A stretch of 60,892 nucleotides of DNA, the filler included, from Hausera hauseri (Eukaryota), in assembly GCA_046269625.1 (NCBI GenBank). It is 11 parts of 11 records of this genome, joined end to end, with 100 filler letters (N's around TTAATTAATTAA, not from the genome) between each part and the next. Parts side by side here need not be neighbours in the genome. Positions count along the whole stretch, not along the records: positions 28,350 to 36,220 come from JBJURY010899537.1; positions 36,321 to 40,270 come from JBJURY010863631.1; positions 40,371 to 45,558 come from JBJURY010312942.1; 8 more parts are not named here. One strand, 5' to 3'. Both the position numbers and the translations under genes were made by a program. Shown piece by piece: positions 33,790-45,411 of the stretch (its first letter is position 1; every line of letters starts with the position of its first letter). Below the pieces are notes generated by a model that saw only the letters and a program-made list of their open reading frames with translations, was not told where the DNA came from and did no database searches.

Positions 33790-35904
33790 TCAGTCTTTCT
33801 TTTGTCTTTCGCTAATGTCTCTTTTAATGGCTTTTAGTTGATCTACAAACATGTTTAATCCATTTATATGGGGAATATTTTTTTCTAAATCTCCTATTTT
33901 ACCTAATAGCATTATTCCTACATATGAAGAGAAAATAAGAGATCTTTTACTGCTTCCACCAAATGTGCAACCTTGAAATGGTATAATATCTGCACTTCTT
34001 GCTCCTAAAATTATATCAACCTCCCTATTCATTTGGTTTAGCAGATGTTTATCTGCCAACTCTATTCCACATTTCTCAAATTCATTGACTATTTCTGGGG
34101 AAGGGGTATTGATTTTGGTATTTATTTTGGGAACCACTGCAGCTAGGATTTGTACATTCTTATTTTTTAATTTTATGTGAATTTCTATGATGTTTGTTTT
34201 ATAATATGCAGTTTCATTAAATCCTTGTACCTTTAGCTTTATGTTATCATGCACAATCTTGTATTTTAATTTATTGGCTACCGCTAGACTTATAAAACTA
34301 ACCTCTGCACCTGTGTCAAGTAATACTCTTAAATCCTGTGTATGGTTTTTTATATTCTCCCCCACCGCGGTAAAGGTTGGGAGCATGATATCACTGGTGT
34401 TAGCAGTACACATAGTATGTAATTGAATATAGTTGGAAAACTGTTGCTCAGCTGGCTCTGTTATCGGAACAACACTAAGTCCAACTGTTTGTGCTGACAC
34501 CTGTGCCTGCTCTTGCGGGACATTTTCTGCATTTTCTTGCATTCTATGTTGCCCATATGGTTTTGTACATAGTAAATAAGAATGATTTTCTCCACATTTT
34601 CGGCAGTCTTCCTTAAATTTATATCTACAGTCATCAATCTTATGAGATAGTAGCCCACATTTTAAACACCCTTTTAATTCTTTAATTTTCTTTATTTTAG
34701 CTTCCGGGGTATTAAATTTTGTACATTTTGCCAAACTGTGTGTCATGCTATCTGAACTATCTATAGCTTTACACAAAATACACCCTTTACCTTTATACTC
34801 ACCCTTATTGATAGACCTATTTTGATTATTCCTATTTTTCTTATTATTATCATTATTATTGTTATTTTTATCATTCCTAGATTTATTTTTATTCTTAACA
34901 CTAATATTGGTGGCTAAAGCTACTGTATTTGCTCTTTTCTTGCCTATGGATATAGTGTCTAACCTATCATGCACCTTAAAACTGTGGTTTAAGATTTCCT
35001 CGCAGGTTGGGTATGTTTCATTTGTCATTTGACAGTACATCCCTTTATATTCATCGGGAAGGCTTGACCACATGAAATATTGTAAAAAAGTAGCACTATC
35101 AATTTTATTTATATCTAGTTGGTCCTGAAGAGTTCTAACTTCACTGACCCAGGTATAGAATTCTTTAAAAGTTAAGTTTTTTATTTTTTCTATGATAGAA
35201 AATTTCTGTCGGGTAGGAGAGGAAAAGGCATCAACAAGAATTTTTTTTGCAGAATCATAATTCATGTTTGCTGTGGCAGTTGATTCAATTAGCATTTTTG
35301 CTTTCCCATTTACATGTTTTTGCAGCAAAATGAATTTTGTAATTGATGGAAGCCTTTTTGGTTCTATTATTGATTCAAAACTCGCCATAAATAAATCAAA
35401 GTCCTCAGCTCTACCGCTGAAGGTGGGCAATTGTATTTCTGGCAAACTTAAATTTGCCTGCTCGCCCATACCATTTCTTTGCAAATTATTACCTAGAGCA
35501 GGAGTGCATTCTATATTAGACTGATAAGTTTCCTCAATTTTACATATTAAATTTGCTATATAGCGAGAAACTTGGAAATTTTTATCACTTAACATGCTTG
35601 CACCCTCAGGGGTGTATTCTTTACAATTTGAGTATACATCCTCAATTTCCTGATCTAAATCCTGTAATTCCCTCCGTTTTATTTTTAAATCTTCAATAAG
35701 GCTATTTCGCTCCCTATCCGATATAGACTCTATGTCCTGATATACACTCCTAACTATTTTCATTGCCTCTATTCTTTTTCCACTCCTTTTCCTAACAAGT
35801 AACACAACTTTATTGAACTGTTTTGATCCCTCTGTATCAGTCTCAATAAGAGCCTTAACTAGCTCAATTTCAACCGCAGGATCAAACTCCATATTTTGAT
35901 TCAT
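33790..35904 (-). CDS. gag: BEL/Pao Gag-protease
   Basis: LPEIQLPTFSG..F..FESII (DUF1759-like); three Cys/His knuckles (CILC..H..C, CLKC..H..C, CRKC..H..C); LLDTGAEVSFI; DIILG. Confidence 0.93.
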   Translation of the reverse strand: MNQNMEFDPAVEIELVKALIETDTEGSKQFNKVVLLVRKRSGKRIEAMKIVRSVYQDIESISDRERNSLIEDLKIKRRELQDLDQEIEDVYSNCKEYTPEGASMLSDKNFQVSRYIANLICKIEETYQSNIECTPALGNNLQRNGMGEQANLSLPEIQLPTFSGRAEDFDLFMASFESIIEPKRLPSITKFILLQKHVNGKAKMLIESTATANMNYDSAKKILVDAFSSPTRQKFSIIEKIKNLTFKEFYTWVSEVRTLQDQLDINKIDSATFLQYFMWSSLPDEYKGMYCQMTNETYPTCEEILNHSFKVHDRLDTISIGKKRANTVALATNISVKNKNKSRNDKNNNNNDNNKKNRNNQNRSINKGEYKGKGCILCKAIDSSDSMTHSLAKCTKFNTPEAKIKKIKELKGCLKCGLLSHKIDDCRYKFKEDCRKCGENHSYLLCTKPYGQHRMQENAENVPQEQAQVSAQTVGLSVVPITEPAEQQFSNYIQLHTMCTANTSDIMLPTFTAVGENIKNHTQDLRVLLDTGAEVSFISLAVANKLKYKIVHDNIKLKVQGFNETAYYKTNIIEIHIKLKNKNVQILAAVVPKINTKINTPSPEIVNEFEKCGIELADKHLLNQMNREVDIILGARSADIIPFQGCTFGGSSKRSLIFSSYVGIMLLGKIGDLEKNIPHINGLNMFVDQLKAIKRDISERQKKD

Positions 35905-36155
35905 TACTCGAGTGTATGAAAGAAAACTTTATACATATATCTATATACCTTGCTATCTATCTAACTTTTATTATATTTGAATATAACATATACCTAGATA
36001 AGTTATTATTTCAAAAAAAAAAAAATTTTTCACCAAAAAAAAAAAAATTTTCACATAGAAAAAATTTCTTTAAAACAGGATATGTGTATTTCATATATAT
36101 ATTTTTATATTGGAAGATTCAGAACATCAATAGAAAAGACTTAATAGGGGCAGAT

Positions 36156-36174
36156 AATCCTGTCCGCAGCGCCA
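36156..36174 (-). promoter_or_regulatory. Primer-binding site (tRNA-Ser) of the BEL/Pao element
   Basis: Minus strand TGGCGCTGCGGACAGGATT. The + strand AATCCTGTCCGCAGCG-CCA resembles an invertebrate tRNA-Ser 3' end. It lies about 250 nt upstream of gag. Confidence 0.8.
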
Positions 36175-36354
36175 TACACAAAAACCCGAAAATTTCTATA
36201 TAAAAACCCGAAATATTATANNNNNNNNNNNNNNNNNNNNNNNNNNNNNNNNNNNNNNNNNNNNTTAATTAATTAANNNNNNNNNNNNNNNNNNNNNNNN
36301 NNNNNNNNNNNNNNNNNNNNGATTAAAAATTATGATGAATATAATAAGCAGGCA

Positions 36355-37092
36355 ATGCAAGTTAAAAATCAAAACATTTTAACAGACGAAGAGATACAGC
36401 ATTTTCAGAAACCTGTAACAAATGAATTAGACTTAATTAAGAAATCGATGGAATCAAAGATTCCTGTGCAAAGCACAATTGATAGACAAACTGAGATAAT
36501 AGATCAACCAAATGATGGAACTGAAGATAAATATCCACCAGCAATTGAATTTCCAGCAAATTATGAACCGTATTTTTTACCAGATGAAAGAATATCTGTA
36601 AACGTTTCTAGAACCAATAAATTAAAACCATATTTTTCAAAACAAAAGTATCAAAGAATTAGAATAAATAATAAAGATTTTGCGTTGGGAAAAGATTTGA
36701 CAGACAATTTAGTATATATGTGCAATGAAAATTTTGATAGAATGCTTTTTACTGATGATTTTGATAAATTGGTAAGAGGATATAGTTCAGATAATAAAGA
36801 TGAAATTGAAAGATATATTAATTTTATTAAAACTATAAGCGGTGATAATATTAACAATCTTAGTTATATTAAAAATTTAAATCAAATAATTAAACAAGGA
36901 TATCATGTTAAAGAAGGTAAGTCTATTAGTGGACCCATACAAAATTTTATTAATTTGTATAAATTTATTGCTGCAAAAAAGGCTGGACATAATAATGTTG
37001 ATAAAGATATTAAGAAAATTATAAACAAATTAAAAAGTTTGAAGGTTATTAGTAATGAAAAATATAATAAAATAATTAAGAAATATCTGTAA
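36355..37092 (+). CDS. Polinton/adintovirus-associated hypothetical protein (probably 5'-truncated)
   Basis: The C-terminal AAKKAGHNNV..IKKIINKL..LKVI resembles the AG[NH]..I..L tail common in Polinton accessory proteins. It lies next to the penton. Confidence 0.6.
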   Translation: MQVKNQNILTDEEIQHFQKPVTNELDLIKKSMESKIPVQSTIDRQTEIIDQPNDGTEDKYPPAIEFPANYEPYFLPDERISVNVSRTNKLKPYFSKQKYQRIRINNKDFALGKDLTDNLVYMCNENFDRMLFTDDFDKLVRGYSSDNKDEIERYINFIKTISGDNINNLSYIKNLNQIIKQGYHVKEGKSISGPIQNFINLYKFIAAKKAGHNNVDKDIKKIINKLKSLKVISNEKYNKIIKKYL

Positions 37093-37097
37093 CAAAA

Positions 37098-37823
37098 ATG
37101 GAGGAGGAATTGAAAAAATTAGTTAATATTTCATCAACCAAATATTCAACAATGCTTTATTGTGAATCTAATAAATCTGATTTTTACACTGATTTTACTA
37201 TACCTATTGAACTTGATAATAATTTAAATTATGAACTAGGTCTTCTATGGTTTTCAACATATAATACGATTTTTAATATAACCAATGAAAATAATAAATT
37301 TGAATTGTTTCGGGAGGGAACAAAGTTAGAAATCTCAACAGTAAGTCCTGGTGCATATGATATTACCCCTCTAAGTGAAAAATTAAAAGATTTTATGGAA
37401 ATAACAGATGATAAACCAACTTCAAAATGTTCAATGAATATTAAAAAAGGATATTCTTTAAAATTTGATGATAAATCATTTTTTCATACAATGTTGGGAT
37501 ATTCGATACGAGAATACAAAGAAGGAAAACATTTATCTGACTCAATCATTCAAATTACAAGTATAAACAGTATTAATATTTCTGTTGATTGTATTAATGG
37601 AGCATATAAAAATGGAAAATCTTCAAATATTGTTTATTCATTTCCATCCTTCACTGTTCCTTCTGGTTTTAAAATGTTTGAAAGACAAGTATTTCCAATT
37701 TATTACCCAGTAAACAGAAAACATATAAGTAGATTGAATATAAAGATTTTAGATGATCAAGAAAAGATTGTAGATTTCAATGGTGAAAAAATTATTGTGT
37801 GTTTGCATTTGAAGCAGGTCTAA
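37098..37823 (+). CDS. Polinton minor capsid protein (penton, single jelly-roll)
   Basis: SDF...PIELD..YELGL..FSTYNTIFNI..NNKF..PGAY; IYYPV....I..LNIKILD....VDFNGE.I...LHLK. Confidence 0.88.
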   Translation: MEEELKKLVNISSTKYSTMLYCESNKSDFYTDFTIPIELDNNLNYELGLLWFSTYNTIFNITNENNKFELFREGTKLEISTVSPGAYDITPLSEKLKDFMEITDDKPTSKCSMNIKKGYSLKFDDKSFFHTMLGYSIREYKEGKHLSDSIIQITSINSINISVDCINGAYKNGKSSNIVYSFPSFTVPSGFKMFERQVFPIYYPVNRKHISRLNIKILDDQEKIVDFNGEKIIVCLHLKQV

Positions 37824-37848
37824 CCTACAGAATTTATTAAATATAAAA

Positions 37849-38283
37849 ATGGATGATGATTTTTCAATCCTAGATTTTCTAAAAACATTTGGAATAGGTA
37901 AAACAACAAATTTTGATTTGTATGAAATTGCTGAAAAACTTAATTTACCTATAAAAATTTTAATGAATGATGAATTGTTTAAAATCACAAACACTAAAAA
38001 ACACAATATTATTATTAATTATGAAAATTCGAATGAAAATGGAAATCATTGGTGTTGTTTTAGAAATAGAAATTTTTATTTTGATTCGTATGGTATTAAA
38101 CCGATGAAGGAAGTAGAACAGTTCCTAGTTGATAATTATGTGTATAATGATAGGCAAGTTCAACCATTTGGAACTAAAATTTGTGGTGTTTTATGTGTAT
38201 TTGTTTTGTATAGAATGGAAAATGGATGTCGTTTTCAAGACATAATTGAAGAGTTGGGTGATTCTCTTGAACCATTATTATGA
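37849..38283 (+). CDS. Adenain-like virion maturation cysteine protease
   Basis: Catalytic H-D-Q-C pattern: GNHW, YFDSYG, QVQ....ICGVLC. Confidence 0.92.
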   Translation: MDDDFSILDFLKTFGIGKTTNFDLYEIAEKLNLPIKILMNDELFKITNTKKHNIIINYENSNENGNHWCCFRNRNFYFDSYGIKPMKEVEQFLVDNYVYNDRQVQPFGTKICGVLCVFVLYRMENGCRFQDIIEELGDSLEPLL

Positions 38284-38329
38284 ATTGTTTCATCTAGAGC
38301 AAAGCTCGGACAATTTATTGTCATAAAAA

Positions 38330-39241
38330 ATGGATTATGTTCCAATTTCACACAGAGGAGAACCTATTCAATTTGGAATTAATAGAAAAGATGTAATAGA
38401 CATTACAGAAAAAAGATTTGTTAATGAATCTGGTGATTCAATTACTAATTTAGTTATTAAAGAAAATTGTAAAATAAATCAAGATTTAATTATTAAAGGT
38501 AAAGGCCTCATTTCAAATGATTTTTATGCCAACAATAACTTGTATATAAATAAAGATTTATTTATAAACGGAAATATAAATAGTGAAAGTTTAGAGAGGA
38601 AGAATAAATCTCAAGATGAAGAAATAATAAAAATTATAAATGCTGCAAATGAAATAGGGAATCAGATTAAAAAACTTAAAAATGTTATATTTGCTGCTGA
38701 AGCGAGAGAAAAAGATTTAACGAAAATTCAAAAGGAAATTACAAAAATTAGTGAAGATTATGAAACACTAATCAATCGATTTAACTTAAATATGGGAAAA
38801 GTTAGAGAAAGAATTTTAGATTGTGAAACACAAATAAAAACCTTACAAAATACACAAAAAAGAGTAAATGAAACCAATGTTTTCCTAAGTTCAATTTCTA
38901 ATGATGTCGATGATATTAAAAAATTATTATATGGAGACAAAAATAAACCACTATATTTTAAAAAATATGATTCAAGAAAATGTTTGATGACAAATTTGTG
39001 TGAGAAGTTTGAACTTATTGATTATAAATTAAAAGACTTGGGAACAGAAATAGATAAAAATAATGTCAACATTCAAAAATTGTTTGATACCTATAATTTA
39101 ATAAAAACTAACATTCCAGAAATAAGACAGGTTAGAGAATCAATTTTATTAATTTTTACATTTACTGGAAAGAAATATGGTGTTTTTGCATTTCAGTCTT
39201 TAATGTCTAATCCGAACAACATCAAAATTATAAAAAATTAA
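38330..39241 (+). CDS. Coiled-coil protein with N-terminal beta-repeat, possible fibre or structural protein
   Basis: 6-residue periodic NLVIKE/DLIIKG/NLYINK/DLFING, then long heptads. It lies in the capsid gene cluster. Confidence 0.6.
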   Translation: MDYVPISHRGEPIQFGINRKDVIDITEKRFVNESGDSITNLVIKENCKINQDLIIKGKGLISNDFYANNNLYINKDLFINGNINSESLERKNKSQDEEIIKIINAANEIGNQIKKLKNVIFAAEAREKDLTKIQKEITKISEDYETLINRFNLNMGKVRERILDCETQIKTLQNTQKRVNETNVFLSSISNDVDDIKKLLYGDKNKPLYFKKYDSRKCLMTNLCEKFELIDYKLKDLGTEIDKNNVNIQKLFDTYNLIKTNIPEIRQVRESILLIFTFTGKKYGVFAFQSLMSNPNNIKIIKN

Positions 39242-39659
39242 ACAAATAATTTTATAAAAAATGGATGATGAAAATGAGCGAAGCTCGGCCGTAGGCCACT
39301 CTATTTATCCTAAATTAGATGATGAATTTATGAATTTAGAGACGAAGTCTCGGCATCTTTTAGATGCCTTTGCAGAATCTAGTTATAAAAAGCATTAGAT
39401 AAAATAAATGGGGTCAAATTATGAAGAAATATAAAAGAATATAACGTGACATGACAACTGTTAAGCAGCATTATTGTACAGTATGAAAATAAACTAGGTG
39501 CAGTAAGAACAAATGAAGCAATGACTGGCCGATATGCAATAGCATTGAATTAGCCAACACTGTTTTTTTTATGTTTTTCCAGACTACGAAATGCGAATGT
39601 AAGACCAAACCACACTTATGTGTATGAAAAACTGGAAACTACTTGGTGAGTACTACATC

Positions 39660-40145
39660 TTCTCTTAGTTGCGTTTGCTTCTGCGCCCTAATCTTACAAC
39701 TGCTCTTGCTACTACTATTACTACTACTGCTGTTGCTTTTGCTACAACAACAACAACTACTACTACTACTACCAACCACAACCACCACTACTATTACTAC
39801 CACTGCTGCTACTGTAAATACTCTTACCACCGCACTTATTGTTACTACGAGTAGTACTTTTACTAATGCTACAATTACTATTACTTCTACTACCATCACT
39901 GCTGGTGTCGCTGTTGCTGATGATGAAGATGATACGACTGCTGTTGCTGCTTTTACTAAGGCTGCTACTAAAACTACTACTGCTACTTGTAGTGCTAGAA
40001 GTGATGATGCGACTGCTGATTTTAATGTTGCTGCTACAGCCGCTACCACTACTATAGGGTCCCGTGCTACTATTGCTACTATTAGCACTACTACTACACC
40101 AGGTACTATTTATTATTATATTACTATTGATTGTACCATTAATTA
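39660..40145. repeat. Degenerate (ACT/GCT/CAA)n low-complexity tract
   Basis: Trinucleotide-derived sequence; the overlapping ORFs are homopolymeric (poly-T/L/S/V). Confidence 0.85.
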
Positions 40146-43100
40146 TACCACGTGTGGGGCGATGGAGGTGTTGTGTGGTCGGCAACCCATAGTCGGCCCT
40201 GATTTACAGTGCCAGGGCTGACGAATCATAGTCAGCCTAGATCCTCAGCCCACGTCCAAGCCGTGTCTCCNNNNNNNNNNNNNNNNNNNNNNNNNNNNNN
40301 NNNNNNNNNNNNNNTTAATTAATTAANNNNNNNNNNNNNNNNNNNNNNNNNNNNNNNNNNNNNNNNNNNNATTAACAAATTCAAGAAACATGAAACAGAT
40401 TCTGTGGATTATTTTCATTTGAACGACTTATTCGAATAAATCTGATTTATAAATATTCATCATGTCGTCTGTAGGATAACCGTGATGACAAAATAGCATC
40501 TTTGTACCATTTTCTTTTTTACACAATTCACAAATATAAATCGTGATATTAATGGGGAAATAAGTCAAAAAATATGCAATATGTAATAATTTCCTATGAC
40601 ACGTTCAGGAAAAATATATATACATATATATTAGTTTTTGTAAACGAAAGAGAAAATAATCAGAAAATGGGTAAGATTTATGTTATATCGCAATGTAAGG
40701 ACAGCAATAGAGCAGCAAAAATAAATAATAAGCAAATTTGTTATTTATTTTTAATTTGTTCAAATATTAAATAAAAAATTCGTCACCTGGCAATGTATAT
40801 ACAGTCGATTCCTGTGAAACTTCCGATAATATAATAAAAAAGTAGAAATTGTCAATTTAAAAAATCGACTGTCACTCAATTTTGTTGACACAGGGGTTGA
40901 TTCTTGATATCCAACCTTTAATATGTGCCGACATATAAAAGTTATTTCGTGAGTTCAGTTACACAATTCCATCGAGTCATTCATTATTTTATTCTTCCCG
41001 CTAATATCTCATGAGTGCATCATCTCATAAATGTAGGGTGCCTCGTTTCATTCTTCAACGATTAGTTCCTTAAGCGATTAATTCCTTAGTTCTTTAGACG
41101 ACTAAATCTACAACAAGATGATAATCATAACTTTGTTAATTTCCTATTGAGTCCATTAATAATTTTCAAATACTTCCTCGTAACCAGTGTGTTTCGTAAT
41201 CTATATACTTAAGTATGGATTCTAATTCCCATCATGGTAAATTTTCAATATCCTATTATTACTCAATTTTAATAAAATCATTACCAGTACTTATCACATT
41301 TTACTCGTTTAAATAATTAACGTCACTAAAACTATAAAATTGAATTATTTACTAATAAAATTCAGTATTTAGTAGGTTGAATGTAGGATGTCGTTCGATT
41401 ATGTTACGTTATTCCTTTGTTTTAATGTTTGTATTAAACACTAGCAGTCTACTTTTATACTCTGTAGATATCCTAAAATAACAAGTGTCAGTTGAAGGAC
41501 ATCCATCCTTCCCTGTATAATATTGTTATCCTCTTTAAGATACTCGCGTGGTTTATCCTTAACACTTTCCATATATCGGTAAATAATTTTAGTTCCGTCG
41601 CGATCATTCGTCTCATACTTATCTGTATGACAGCAGGAATACCTGTACAAAGTTAATCGAACTATATTTAAACATTTCTATTGTAATTATAATAACCATA
41701 AATTTCTGAATCAACTTAGGGGTAATGGACTATAGTAATGGACGTCTAGAAAATCAGAACAATACTGCACTAACAATATCAACCATAGCCCCGTTAATCA
41801 TTATATGGTAATAGGGTTTCATCTTTATATCTAACAATATAAGTTTTTTCTATCAACTCCCAGGCAAATCAATACTCCATGATATCATACATCACATACC
41901 GAAATTTCCTTTAACCGGGTAGTCACCCAATGTCCTATTCGCAATCATCTTTCCTCCTTTGAACAACATAAATTAAATCTTCAACCCCAAGTTTATAAAT
42001 ATCCTTCGATATCTGAATTTTACTTCTCCCCACCCTGTCTTTAAATTTGCTTCTCGTACATTTAATATCATATTATTCAACCTTCTCTGCTCCAGCTATA
42101 CATATGGTTGTTTCGTCATTTCGAACATCATCAAAGTCATTTCCTGATGCCACCATCACCTTTTATTAGTCGCTATAAGCCAGTAAATCATGCTTATGCA
42201 ATTGATAGTTCTCCAAAAATTTTGTTTTCAAATTTTTATTATAAGAAACAAATGATAATAGAAAACTCAACTAGATTAAACAACTAAGAGTATTAGTCAA
42301 TTGACAACACAATTATAAAATTTTTTACCATTCATATATTCCATTTTAATTCTGTCATCGCCAGTGAGTAATTGTACCATGTTATTTTGGAGGTTATTGT
42401 TAGACATTTCTCCGGATATTGCAGCATTCCCAGATTCTGATATTTCAAGTACTGGAGCGATCTCGACGTTTGGCATGCCATGATTCATTGATGTATTTGA
42501 ATTCATTCTATTAATCGGATTATTAAGGAATATACTGATTCTATTCTTTTCATAATATTACTAAGTAGTATATATATATACTTACCAGGAAGTGCGTCTG
42601 GTAAGATCTCAAAAGAAATTTCGATTACTAAGCACTGAGTAAATGTTTTTCAAGAGTTTTTGTGTTGTTGCTGCCTAATTCTGCTCTGTTTATATAGTCC
42701 CGTTTGTAATACGATCTGGAATATTCTAAATTGATTTTCATAATTTATCTGTATGTTGTCAAACGGGTTCTCATGGGTTACTAAGTGAATTTTGTAATTG
42801 TTTTCTGTTTCGCCTATTGTCAAGCGAATTTTCATAATTTGTTTTTTGGTTCTCTATATTCATTTTTGGTAATCCGATTTGTATCCATGCATTTATTTGA
42901 TTTGTTTCTAAGTTCGTTTTGTGAGTAATTCGATTTTGTAAATTCAAATATTCATAATTCAATTTTTGTAATTTCAATCGTTCGACTATCTATATTGGCT
43001 TAACTGGTGACGACGTTCGTTTTAATATTTGTTTTAAAATTTTCAATTCCTCGGTATCAATTATCAATGACCTAGCCATTCTTTTGGTTAACAATGTACT

Positions 43101-43146
43101 CATAATGACAGGAAATAATGAAGGCATGCCCATCAGAGGGTTCACA

Positions 43147-43293
43147 ATTAATGACAGAAAGAGAACTAAATAAAGATGTATTTACAATCAAAAGAAATGT
43201 ATATAATCAATTATTGTTCAATGTTAATAAGGAAATGTATATAATCAATTATTGTTCAATGTTAATAATGTAATATCATTGTAAATTCGCATC
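43147..43293 (+). repeat. 147-bp direct repeat, copy 1 (contains an internal 38-bp tandem duplication)
   Basis: Nearly identical to 45412-45558. AAATGTATATAATCAATTATTGTTCAATGTTAATAA occurs twice. Confidence 0.92.
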
Positions 43294-43321
43294 AACGGAT
43301 TTCAGTGATCATCAGTTCACG

Positions 43322-43720
43322 TCATGGATTCAATTGATAATCTACCTCAACATTTCTCTCCCTTATGAAAAGGATTCGGTCCTCCGGATCACACTGGGTA
43401 CTGACATCGATAAAACTGAGGTTTCTGGGTCTGATTGTCAACGTCGCATCATTTATTGGGTTCGTCCAATGGCATAATCGCTGGGTACGGTTGTCGTAGT
43501 TATATGAAAAGTGATAGTAGATTGATGATTGACAACAATATGGGCATGAAATGCCATTTTGAAAGGTCATTTGAAGAGCGTCTTTCGGGTTGATTAATTT
43601 GAGGGACTGAGAACGAAGTTTATTGAAACAAGTTGCACACAGTTTGTGGTTACATTGAAATTGGACAACAGTTATTCTTTCGGTGAGACATATAGTACAT
43701 TCATAGGTGGGAAGTTGATC
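43322..43720 (-). pseudogene. RING-HC finger coding segment
   Basis: In-frame extension of ORF 43570-43322: YECTICLTERITVVQFQCNHKLCATCFNKL...GISCPYC. Confidence 0.8.
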
Positions 43721-44212
43721 GTACTAGAGAGATTGTAATGTTGCCCATAAGTCAGGAGGGGCTAGGTCGGAAATAAGGTCGATTGGACATTTATTGAAGA
43801 TAGGAAACCAATCTTCCTGAAATGATATTGGTAATGGTGGACTGTAAGAAATGGTTGGTGTAGGTATTATTGAGGGTGCAGGTACTGGCAATTCAGGTAA
43901 TGATCTAATAATTTGCTCGGGATGATAACGTGAGTGTGGTATTGAAGACGGCTGTCGAAGAAGTGACAGGACATTTATATGGGGTAAAGGTACTTGAAAA
44001 GTAATTGGTGGTGGTCTAGGTATCGTAGAAGGGTCGAATCAATGAATTGGAAATTCAATTCTGACTGATGATTGTTGTTCCAGTCGAAAATATCTTGTGG
44101 GGAGTATTTGAGGAATTGGCGTATTAGTGATAGTAAGAAGAGCTCTTTTAGGATGGTGGAAATATGAGTAGATAAATTTGGGACAGAAATAACATATACT
44201 ACAGATTAGATA

Positions 44213-45070
44213 TCAATGGTGAGATTCCATTTGGTAGCAATGGAAACAATATTCAGCATTACAACAACTAAACTGGTAAGCTGTTTTATTGGGCTTATTA
44301 CATAAACAGCATGTGTGTAATTGGAAGTATGGGATAGAGAAAGGTGTTGACACATCCCATGTATAGTAATAAGTAACGTGGTCAGATAGTTCAATAACTT
44401 CAAAGGTTTGGGCATCTAGTAATGATTGATCAGCGTCGGATGGATATTCATTATGTCGGATACAATATTCGATTTCGTATGTACAAATAGGGCAATGAGG
44501 TATAGGATGGGCTTGTGATCGTATTCGCCCTATACAAAATAGACAAACCATATGTAGACATGGTGTTAATCTGTACACTTCGCTGAGAATTACTCTGCAG
44601 AACATGCATTCTGGAAGATCTAAAAATAAGTAGAATTAACTAAGATTTAAGTCAATGATATTATGATTTATGTTGTCAGCGTCTTCAGTATACAATGAAT
44701 TAGACAAAAGGTTATACAATTGTCTAAGTAGATGGGCTTGTACCAGTGGTGAAGTATATGTAGGAATAACGGTGGTATTTAGCAATTGTTCACTTAAGCG
44801 GGGTATAAGTGCTGGGTGTGTGAAGAATTTTGCAGCAATAGGGTGATAGTTAAGATTGAAAAAACCATTGGTGTAGGTAGCAGGTAATTTCAATAAGTAT
44901 AAAAATAGATCTAGTTGTGTTGTTATGATGAATTTATGCTTCAGCATATCTTGTATCAGAGGTAAAATGTCTTCATTATCAACTTTATTTAGGTTAAGTT
45001 CATCCGTTATGCCTGTAAAGGGTGTTCTCCAATCTAAGACTTTATGTCGGGGATACATTTGTTGCTGCAA
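44213..45070 (-). pseudogene. RING-finger protein segment (one complete RING-HC plus a second RING-like start)
   Basis: ECMFCRVILSEVYRLTPCLHMVCLFC...CPIC, then CCLC..FSCCNAEYCFHC. In frame with the 144-aa ORF 45070-44636 across one stop. Confidence 0.75.
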
Positions 45071-45411
45071 TAAAATTTCGCCTTTAGAGTCTAATATAGC
45101 GATATCAATAATGGTTTGGTTGATGATTGTTAAATTAGGTTGGGTAGTAACGTAATTATAGGCTACAAAGGTGAATAGGGGTTCTAAATCTGACAGAGAT
45201 AATCCTTCTGGTGTGGAGGAGTATTCGTTTACTGGTTCTAGTAGCTTAGGTATATGAATTTATTGATCGTAGTCCTCATTACGGGTGTATATGAGTTTTG
45301 GTTAGTTTATTTCCACAGCATATATACAATATTTGAAGAAGTAACAGTAAAAGATAACAATTCGATAGGGGGAATTGTAATAATCACACTAAAATTGTTG
45401 AGTGGTTTATG

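Noticed and set aside
39639-40221. Mucin-like or membrane protein ORFs
   Set aside because: Open in several frames only because of trinucleotide low complexity.
41000-43103. Decayed minus-strand coding sequence in contig 8
   Set aside because: Strand bias suggests a former gene, but there are too many stops and no motif I can assign.
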